Below are positions 1 to 6,509 of a stretch of DNA of 20,000 nt, piece after piece. The notes beneath the pieces are model-generated. The model searched no databases, was not told where the DNA came from, and saw only the letters and a list, made by a program, of their open reading frames with translations. Origin of the DNA: an uncultured virus (IMG/VR IMGVR_UViG_3300036975_000183) (taxonomy: Duplodnaviria; Heunggongvirae; Uroviricota; Caudoviricetes); IMG/VR virus record IMGVR_UViG_3300036975_000183; one strand, written 5' to 3'. Within the stretch, counting starts at the first letter, position 1; every line of letters begins with the position of its first letter. The position numbers and the translations under genes were made by a program.

Positions 1-2
1 CT

Positions 3-239
3 GGCGTCGATCCCGGACCGCTGACGCTCCGCGAGCTCGCCGACATGGCCGAGGCCCGGTCGCGCGGCGAATGGGCTCGCGCCTCGGCGCTGATGATGAC
101 CGTGGCGAACTGCCACCGCGGCCCGAAGACCAGGCCGTTCGAGCCGTCCGACTTCGATCCGTACGCGAAGTCCGACGAACGTGAAGTGAGCAGTATGGCG
201 GAGTTGAAGCCCTATTTCGTTGATGACGAGGAGGACTGA
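3..239 (+). CDS. Phage protein, probable tail assembly chaperone C-terminal (gpT-like) part; 5' truncated by the window edge
   Basis: The frame is open from position 3: GVDPGPLTLRELADMAEARSRGEWARASALMMTVANCHRGPKTRPFEPSDFDPY. The ATG at 45 is therefore probably internal. Position upstream of the tape measure gene fits a tail chaperone. Function is inferred. Confidence 0.6.
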   Translation, partial: GVDPGPLTLRELADMAEARSRGEWARASALMMTVANCHRGPKTRPFEPSDFDPYAKSDEREVSSMAELKPYFVDDEED

Positions 240-242
240 CCG

Positions 243-548
243 ATGTTTGCGAAGACGATTGCGTGTGTGCTGCTGCTGGGGCTCCTGCTGGGACTGCCCG
301 GGTGTGCGACGCTGCTCTCCAAGAACCCCGAGCCGACGCAAATGGAGCGCGAGCTGAACGCGCTCGAACGGTCGAAGTTCCGCGGGCGGTTTTTGTTTCG
401 CGCCTGGGGCGCGCCGCTGTCGATCTGGAACTGCGCCGGTGTCGGGCCGAATGCCCTGATCGAGGCCGACGGCGACGTGGACTTCACCGGCCCGCCGGCG
501 TCGCTGGCGGGGCCGGCGCCGACCACGCAGCCGGCGGGCGGCACCTGA
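243..548 (+). CDS. Predicted lipoprotein, 101 aa, unknown function
   Basis: GAGGAGG SD upstream of the ATG. N-terminus is MFAK + hydrophobic stretch + LPG-C21 lipobox-like motif. Pro/Ala/Thr-rich C-tail. Confidence 0.7.
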   Translation: MFAKTIACVLLLGLLLGLPGCATLLSKNPEPTQMERELNALERSKFRGRFLFRAWGAPLSIWNCAGVGPNALIEADGDVDFTGPPASLAGPAPTTQPAGGT

Positions 549-581
549 GACTCCAAGACCAACCACTAGGAAGGAGACGTC

Positions 582-896
582 ATGACGACGACCAGCCCCA
601 AGCCGGGGTGGAAGACCACGGAGTTCTGGGCGGTGATGACCGCCAACGTCGCGATCCTGCTGTCGGCCGTGACCGGCTGGCTGCCGGCGGACTGGGCCTG
701 CGCCGCCGCGGCCGTCGCCGATGGGCTCTACGCCGTCGGCCGCGGCCTGGCGAAGCAGGGAACCGCGACCAACGACACCGCGCTCAAAGAGGAGGTGATG
801 CGTGCGCTCGTCAACCGTATCGCGAGTGGCGGCGGCAGTACTACTGCTGCTAGCTCTGACGGGGTGCATCCGAGTGACCCCGCCGCCGGCGGTTAG
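582..896 (+). CDS. Small membrane protein, holin-like (KPGWKTTEFW N-terminal motif), 104 aa
   Basis: AAGGAG SD upstream. Basic N-terminus, two hydrophobic segments (FWAVMTANVAILLSAVTGWL; WACAAAAVADGLYAVGRGL) and a polar C-tail. Holin role is inferred from topology and phage context. Confidence 0.6.
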   Translation: MTTTSPKPGWKTTEFWAVMTANVAILLSAVTGWLPADWACAAAAVADGLYAVGRGLAKQGTATNDTALKEEVMRALVNRIASGGGSTTAASSDGVHPSDPAAGG

Positions 897-1047
897 CCCG
901 ATCACGATCGACGACCCCCGCGTCCAGGTCCAGCACCTGGACGCGGGCGAGCCGGCGCCCGCCGCCGGCGTGTGGATGTCCCAGTGGACGTTCGAGCGGC
1001 TCATCGAAGCCACGAAGCCGCCGGACAGTGAGCAAGCGAGCCGGTGA
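802..1047 (+). CDS. Predicted lipoprotein, 81 aa, o-spanin-like; overlaps the upstream gene in the +1 frame
   Basis: GTG start at 802 with GAGGAGG at 789-795. Clean signal peptide II (MRSSTVSRVAAAVLLLLALTG-C22) followed by a Pro-rich segment (RVTPPPAVSP). Stop lies 3 bp before the next gene. Confidence 0.7.
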   Translation: MRSSTVSRVAAAVLLLLALTGCIRVTPPPAVSPITIDDPRVQVQHLDAGEPAPAAGVWMSQWTFERLIEATKPPDSEQASR

Positions 1048-1050
1048 ACC

Positions 1051-1521
1051 ATGGTGTCGATGCGGATGCGTATGCTTCAGTTTGACGCCCGGCCGTTCAT
1101 GCGGGCGGTCGAGCGGGCCAATCGCAGGAATCTGACGCAGGCCGCGGACGAGATTCGCGATGTGGCTCAAGGCAGCATGCAGCGAAGGGTGGGCCTGGCT
1201 CCGCCCGGGCATCCTCCGTACATGCGGTCGCGCTGGCTGAAGCGAAGCGTCCGCTCCGGATTCGATCGCGGCACTCGAACGTCGGTTGCCGGCCCGGAGC
1301 GTGCGAGGGGCGCCGGAGCGACTGAGGAGCGGCTGCTGATGCGGTCGCTCGAGTTCGGGGACCGGTACGCGCTTGGCCGTCGTGCGAAGAAACGCCGCAA
1401 GGTCGGCGTTGACGAGAAGGTCGTGGTGACGATCCAGCCCAAGCCGTACATGGCTCCCGCACTGGACAAGGAACGCTCTCGCCTGCCGCGGATGTGGGCC
1501 GACGCGATCATCGGAGGATAA
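1051..1521 (+). CDS. HK97 gp10-like putative tail/neck completion protein, about 156 aa
   Basis: Very basic. Has an 'APPGHPP' segment and a C-terminal 'IQPKPYMAPALDKE' resembling the gp10 family (A/P)RPF(L/M)xPA motif. Lies immediately upstream of the tape measure gene. Several alternative ATGs in the first 8 codons. Confidence 0.65.
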   Translation: MVSMRMRMLQFDARPFMRAVERANRRNLTQAADEIRDVAQGSMQRRVGLAPPGHPPYMRSRWLKRSVRSGFDRGTRTSVAGPERARGAGATEERLLMRSLEFGDRYALGRRAKKRRKVGVDEKVVVTIQPKPYMAPALDKERSRLPRMWADAIIGG

Positions 1522-1524
1522 CAG

Positions 1525-3876
1525 ATGGCCGGCGCACGAGGCATTCGAGCGGGCCGGGCGTACGTCGAGCTCGGCGTGAACGACAAGATCGCCGCCGGGC
1601 TCAAGGCGGCCCAGCGCCGGCTGCAGGCGTTCGGGGCCAGCGTGCGTTCGATCGGGCAGAGGATGGTGGCCGTCAGCGCCGGTGCGGCTATCCCGCTAGC
1701 GCTCAGCGGGAAGGTGTTCGCCAACTTCGAACAGAAGATGGCCCGCGTCCAGGCGCTCACCGGGGCAACGGGGAAGGACTTCGAACGTCTCGCGACCGAG
1801 GCCAAGCGCCTCGGCGAGACCACGGTCTTCTCGGCCAGCCAGGCCGCCGAGGCGATGAGCTTCTTTGCCTTGGCGGGGTACGACGTCGAGAAGATCCTCA
1901 CAGCCATCGGGCCGACCCTGAACCTCGCCGCCGCCGGGCAGCTTGAGATCGCCCAGGCTGCGGACATCGCCGCCAAGATCATGGCCGGCATGGGCCTGGA
2001 GGCTGACCAGCTCGGCTACGCCGTGGACGTGCTGACCAAGGCCATGACGACGGCCAACACCGACCTCAATCAACTCGGCGACGCCATGAAATTCGTCGGG
2101 CCGATCGCCAAGTCGGCTGGGATCGCTTTTGAGGAAGTCGTCGCCGCGGTCCAGTTGCTGTCGAACGCGGGCATCCAGGGCGAGATGGCCGGCACCACGC
2201 TGCGCGGGGCGATCCTGGCCCTGACCAGCCCGAGCAGTGAGGCTGCCGACGTGCTGAAGGAGCTCGGCGTCAGCGTCACCGACGCGAGCGGCAACGTCCG
2301 GCCGCTGGCCGACATCATCGGCCAACTGAACCGGGCGATGGAGGGCATGGGCAGCGGCCAGAAGCTGGACATCCTCGGGCGGATCTTCCCGGCCCGCACT
2401 GCCGCCGGCGTGGCCGAGCTCCTGTCGCAGGGCGCGGATAAGCTGCGCGAGTACACCGCCGCTCTCGGCGAGTCGGGCGGGACCGCAGCCAAGATCGCCG
2501 GCACGCAGCTCAACACGCTCCAGGGCAACGCGACGATTCTGAAGAGCGCCATCGAGGGGCTGGCGATCGCCGTCGGCGAATCGCTCGGCGGCCCACTGCG
2601 CGTGGTCATCGACGCCGTCACACGCGTCGTCGGGCAATTCGCCCAGTGGATTCGCGCGAACCGCGAGCTCGTCGTCATGGTCTCGGCGGCGGTCGTAGGC
2701 GTCGGAGCCCTCGGCGCCGGGCTTGTAGGGCTCGGCGTGGCCGCTCAGGCGGCGGGCTTCGTACTCGGCGGGCTGGGCACGATCCTGGTCGCCGTGAAGG
2801 CGGCCCTGATCGCGACTACGGCCGTGCTCGCCGCGATGGCTTCACCGATCGGCCTGGTGGTGACGGCCGCCGCAACGCTGGGAACGGCACTGGTCGTGTA
2901 CAGCGGTGCCGGAGCGGACGCGCTGGCTTGGCTGGGCGAGACGTGGGGGTGGCTGCGTGATACCGCGTCGAAGGTGCTCAAGGGCATCTCCGACGCCCTC
3001 GCCGCTGGCGACATGCAGCTCGCCGCGCAGGTGATGTGGGCGGGGCTGCGGGTGGTCTGGAAAACCGGGGTCGGCGCGCTGAACAAGGCGTGGCTGGCTG
3101 CGAAGCAGTTCTTTGTCAGAATTGCGTACGACATGTGGTACGGGGCGCAGGCGGCCTTCGAGATCGGTTGCCACGGAATCAAGATTGCGTGGGTAGAGAC
3201 CACGGCGTTCATGTCTCGCATGTGGTACGGCATCGTTGACGGCATCAAGGACGCATGGAATGCGGTAGAGCACTGGCTCCAAGTCCGTTGGATCAAGCTG
3301 AAGTATGCGTACTTCTTGCTCTCTGACGAGCAGAAGCAGGCTGCAATAGCGCTTGTTGATCAGCAATACGCCGCGAAATCGGAAGGGGCGAAGAGCGAGA
3401 GCGCGGCCGCGCTCGACCAGCTTGAGGCCGATCGAAAAGCTGCCCTGCAGAAAGAAAGCGATTTCCATCAGTCCGAGCTCGAGCGCATCGGCCAAGCCGA
3501 TCGAGAAGCCTCTGAATCGCTCGGTAAGGAAACGGACGCCGCAACCAAGGCTGCTGAAGATGCCCTCGCCCAAGCCAAGGCCGACCTGGACGCCGCTCTG
3601 AAGGCCGCGGCGAAAGCTCGCGAGGAAGCCGGCCTGCCGGCTGCCCCTGGTCGCCCGGCGGCTGTTGCGCTGCCGAACATGGACGACGTCGCCGCCAGGG
3701 TCGCCAACGCGATCGCCCCGCAGACCAGCGCCGCCGGCACGTTCAACCCGTTCGCGGTTCAAGGTCTTGGCCCCAGCTCTGTCGCCGAACGCACGCTCAA
3801 GGCGACGGAGGACGTCGTGAAAGGCGTCAAGCGAGTTGAAGAGAAGCTGGACGTCATCAAGTTCTCGCACGGGTAG
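1525..3876 (+). CDS. Phage tail tape measure protein, TP901-family core, 783 aa
   Basis: Typical core motifs FEQKMARVQA, LGETTVFSASQAAEAM, ANTDLNQLGDAMKFVGP, GIQGEMAGTTLR, TLQGNATILKSA. Followed by a Gly/Ala hydrophobic segment, Trp-periodic helices and an Ala/Glu/Lys coiled coil. GGAGG SD. Confidence 0.95.
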   Translation: MAGARGIRAGRAYVELGVNDKIAAGLKAAQRRLQAFGASVRSIGQRMVAVSAGAAIPLALSGKVFANFEQKMARVQALTGATGKDFERLATEAKRLGETTVFSASQAAEAMSFFALAGYDVEKILTAIGPTLNLAAAGQLEIAQAADIAAKIMAGMGLEADQLGYAVDVLTKAMTTANTDLNQLGDAMKFVGPIAKSAGIAFEEVVAAVQLLSNAGIQGEMAGTTLRGAILALTSPSSEAADVLKELGVSVTDASGNVRPLADIIGQLNRAMEGMGSGQKLDILGRIFPARTAAGVAELLSQGADKLREYTAALGESGGTAAKIAGTQLNTLQGNATILKSAIEGLAIAVGESLGGPLRVVIDAVTRVVGQFAQWIRANRELVVMVSAAVVGVGALGAGLVGLGVAAQAAGFVLGGLGTILVAVKAALIATTAVLAAMASPIGLVVTAAATLGTALVVYSGAGADALAWLGETWGWLRDTASKVLKGISDALAAGDMQLAAQVMWAGLRVVWKTGVGALNKAWLAAKQFFVRIAYDMWYGAQAAFEIGCHGIKIAWVETTAFMSRMWYGIVDGIKDAWNAVEHWLQVRWIKLKYAYFLLSDEQKQAAIALVDQQYAAKSEGAKSESAAALDQLEADRKAALQKESDFHQSELERIGQADREASESLGKETDAATKAAEDALAQAKADLDAALKAAAKAREEAGLPAAPGRPAAVALPNMDDVAARVANAIAPQTSAAGTFNPFAVQGLGPSSVAERTLKATEDVVKGVKRVEEKLDVIKFSHG

Positions 3877-3884
3877 GGTTCAAT

Positions 3885-4724
3885 ATGGCGGTCACTCTGG
3901 AAGAGTTGCGGGAAAGTCAGCGCGTGACCACCGGCGAGAACGCGACCGCCGAGTTGCGCTACATGATCTTCGGGGCGTCAAGCGATCTGGAAGCCAGGAT
4001 CGAATTGCTGACCACCACGCCGGCTACGTTTGACCTCTACGGGGACGGCGCAGTCTTGCTGTCCCGTCAGTACGTCGGGATTGAGCCAGTGAGCGATGCC
4101 CGGTGGCAAGGCACAGCCTACTACGCTCGCGGCCGCGTGACCGGGCAGCAGAGCTTCCGCTTCGACATGACGAGCGGGACCGAGCACAAGACCCACTCGA
4201 TTGCAACGATCGGAATGTACACGGCCAGCGTTGAGGATCCGGCCGAGAACTTCAAGAACGCGATCGGCGTTGGCGACGGACAGCCCGAAGGCGTCGACAT
4301 CGAAATGCCGGTATTCAAGTTCGAGGTGCCGCGGTACGTCCCGAACTCGGCGATAACGGCGGCCTACATCCGCGCCCTCTACTACCTGCGCGGCAGCGCG
4401 AACAATGACGCGTTCTCGGTGACGCTGCCGCACGGTGAGGTCCTCGGGTTCAACGCCGATGAAGTGCTGTTTCTGGGGGCGGTGGGTGCGCCGCGCCACT
4501 GCGCTGCTGATTGGGACATCAATTTCCACTTCGCCGCCAGCCCGAACGTGACCGACTTGCAGGTCGGGGACATCACGGGCATCACCAAGAAGGGCTGGGA
4601 ATATCTCTGGGTCCATTTCCGCGAGAAAGAGGCCGCGTCCGGCCGGGCGATCGTGGTCCCGAGGTGGGCGTACGTTGAGCGAGTCCGTTCGCGCGGCAGC
4701 TTCAGCGTCCTGGGGATTACGTAG
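3885..4724 (+). CDS. Phage tail protein directly after the tape measure gene (distal-tail position), 279 aa
   Basis: Beta-rich, aromatic sequence (GEVLG..EVLFLGA, ITKKGWEYLWV). Starts 8 bp after the TMP stop. GC-rich codon usage. Function is inferred from position. Confidence 0.7.
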   Translation: MAVTLEELRESQRVTTGENATAELRYMIFGASSDLEARIELLTTTPATFDLYGDGAVLLSRQYVGIEPVSDARWQGTAYYARGRVTGQQSFRFDMTSGTEHKTHSIATIGMYTASVEDPAENFKNAIGVGDGQPEGVDIEMPVFKFEVPRYVPNSAITAAYIRALYYLRGSANNDAFSVTLPHGEVLGFNADEVLFLGAVGAPRHCAADWDINFHFAASPNVTDLQVGDITGITKKGWEYLWVHFREKEAASGRAIVVPRWAYVERVRSRGSFSVLGIT

Positions 4725-5557
4725 TGGCCAATCTCTCGAAGGTCAACCCGGGAGACGTCCTCAACATCCCGGCGTCGGCGTACAACGCTTTCGTCGACGC
4801 GGCCGCCGCACACCAGCAGCGGCAGTTCAACGTAGGCGGCGCCCCGCGAAGCAACTTTCGCCAGACGGGCATCGTCTCCGTCCGCAACGACACCGGCGCG
4901 GTCTGCCCGCGGTTCGGCGTGCTCGGGATCTCCGGGCCGCTGATCTGGCCGAGCGACGACGCCGACGCCTTCAAGGAGCGCGTCGTCCTGACCGGCACCA
5001 CGCCGACGGCAGCACACGTCGGGCGGTTCGTCGTGACGCTCGAACCGATCCCGATCGGCGGGATCGGCCGGGCGTTCGTCGACGGCGTCTGCGTCGCCCG
5101 GGTCACGATCGACTCCGAGCTGCACGCCTGCGCCGACGTCTCCGCCGGCGTGGTCGCGTCGCTGAAGAGCTGCGCGGTCGGCAGTGCCCGGATGCTGTGG
5201 GTCCAGGACGCCGAGCACCGGTCGGGCTCGGTGGCCTGGTGCGTCGTGCAGCTCGGCCCCGCCGTGAATGGGCCGATCCACGTGCAGTGCAAATGCGACG
5301 GCGGCTCCGCCGGCAACGCGACGACCGCCTGCACGTACACGTACGCGATCTTTACCGAGGGGGCGCCGGAGCTAACCGCCGACTACCGGCTCGCCGAAGA
5401 GCTGACCCCGCAGTACGGCCGGACGTCGGTCGGGCAGTTCGTGGCGGCGGACGACGGCAGTCTGGGACTGGCCTCGTACATCGCCGGCGAGTGGAAGCTG
5501 TGGTTCGTGGGCGGCGAACGGCCGCCGACGAAGAAGTGTGAAGTGACCGAGAGCTGA
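4724..5557 (+). CDS. Putative phage minor tail / tail-tip protein, 277 aa
   Basis: GTG start overlaps the previous TAG (tagtg), indicating coupling. Strong GC3 bias, 9 Cys. No recognisable catalytic motif. Confidence 0.7.
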   Translation: MANLSKVNPGDVLNIPASAYNAFVDAAAAHQQRQFNVGGAPRSNFRQTGIVSVRNDTGAVCPRFGVLGISGPLIWPSDDADAFKERVVLTGTTPTAAHVGRFVVTLEPIPIGGIGRAFVDGVCVARVTIDSELHACADVSAGVVASLKSCAVGSARMLWVQDAEHRSGSVAWCVVQLGPAVNGPIHVQCKCDGGSAGNATTACTYTYAIFTEGAPELTADYRLAEELTPQYGRTSVGQFVAADDGSLGLASYIAGEWKLWFVGGERPPTKKCEVTES

Positions 5558-5558
5558 T

Positions 5559-6161
5559 ATGTCAGGTGAGCGCGTCATCGTGGCCGGTACCGGCGAGCTC
5601 CTGCTCGGACCGAACGGCGAACGGCTCCTGTCGGAGCCGGGAGCCGACCCGTGCTGTGGCTCCGCGCCCGGCCTACCGTGCCCGTACTGCGAGAACACGC
5701 CGGCCCATCGGACGCTCCTGCTTTCCGGGCCGATCACGCTGTGCGGGTGCCGCGTGGTGGGCCTGACGAGCTACTACTACACGGAGATCGTGGGCAACTT
5801 CCTCGGCACGCACGTACTGCCCCAGGACCCCCACAATCGATGCCGCTGGTTCGCACAGCTCCCGGGTGTCAGCCTGCACTTCAGGTGGTATCCGCTCTCG
5901 ATGGACTGCAGCGGCTACTACGAGGAGGGCTACTTCGATTATGTCTGTGCCTCCATCGAGTTGACCGCGACCGAGGTCATCATCCGTGCGTGGGAACACC
6001 AGAGCCCGCCGTACCGGGCGTTCTTCTCGTACACCGGCCCTCGGGGAGACGCGTGCGTAGAGAGCGGCCCGCACGCGAACCAGATCACGTGCGGCGGCTC
6101 GTTGTCCTGGGGGATTCCGGTGGCCACCGGCGGCTTAGCCTCGCAGGAGGCCGGGTCGTGA
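5559..6161 (+). CDS. Cys/Tyr-rich hypothetical phage protein, 200 aa
   Basis: ATG 1 bp after the previous stop. 11 Cys (DPCCG, CPYC, LCGC and others) and aromatic clusters (SYYYTE, GYYEEGYFDY). Confidence 0.7.
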   Translation: MSGERVIVAGTGELLLGPNGERLLSEPGADPCCGSAPGLPCPYCENTPAHRTLLLSGPITLCGCRVVGLTSYYYTEIVGNFLGTHVLPQDPHNRCRWFAQLPGVSLHFRWYPLSMDCSGYYEEGYFDYVCASIELTATEVIIRAWEHQSPPYRAFFSYTGPRGDACVESGPHANQITCGGSLSWGIPVATGGLASQEAGS

Positions 6162-6499
6162 GACGCAAGCCGTGGCTCGAGACGTCCTTCTGCCGCAAGC
6201 GGATCGCCTGCCGTGACTGTCGGCGTCCGGGCCCGACGGGCGACGCCTGGCGCGACCGCGAGGGAGCCCCCGAAACCTGCCCGTACCGTGTGACGGCCGA
6301 CACGCTGCCCGAACCGTTCGCGACGCCGGCCACCAGCCCGGAACTCTGCCCGGCGGCCGGCGCCGCGTGCGACCACTGGCGAGCCCGGAAATGCCACCTC
6401 GACCCCGCCGACACGCGGTGCCTGTCAGACCTCCGCTTCAAGGGGCCGGCCGGCGACTGCCCGCTGAGCTGGCAGGCGGAGCGAGCGGCTACGGCCTAG
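6158..6499 (+). CDS. Small Cys-rich hypothetical protein, 113 aa, possibly metal-binding
   Basis: The likely true start is GTG at 6158 (GTGA overlap with the previous stop), with AGGAGG at 6145-6150. Sequence: MRRKPWLETSFCRKRIACRDCRR...CPY...LCPAAGAACDHW...KCH...RC...DCPLSW (9 Cys). The track over-extends this ORF to 5651. Confidence 0.7.
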   Translation: MRRKPWLETSFCRKRIACRDCRRPGPTGDAWRDREGAPETCPYRVTADTLPEPFATPATSPELCPAAGAACDHWRARKCHLDPADTRCLSDLRFKGPAGDCPLSWQAERAATA

Positions 6500-6509
6500 C
6501 GCCGCCGCC

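Larger units (their letters stand above)
1..6499 (+). mobile_element. Prophage (or phage-derived element) tail/morphogenesis operon, siphovirus-like; left part lies outside the window
   Basis: Ten tightly packed or overlapping co-oriented CDSs around an unambiguous tape measure gene and an HK97 gp10-like gene. No integrase or att site is visible, so the right boundary is uncertain. Confidence 0.85.

Noticed and set aside
263..853. Alternative-frame ORFs in the phage block (263-853, 1494-1946, 4675-5541 and minus-strand ORFs)
   Set aside because: Arg-rich off-frame translations that overlap better-supported genes.
5760..5950. Tyr (TAC)-rich patches as a possible diversity-generating retroelement variable region
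   Set aside because: No template repeat, reverse transcriptase or recognisable C-type lectin motif in the window.
5651..6157. 5' extension of the 282-aa ORF 5651-6499
   Set aside because: It overlaps the better 5559-6161 gene and reads as R/P/G-rich off-frame sequence. The SD and GTGA coupling place the start at 6158.
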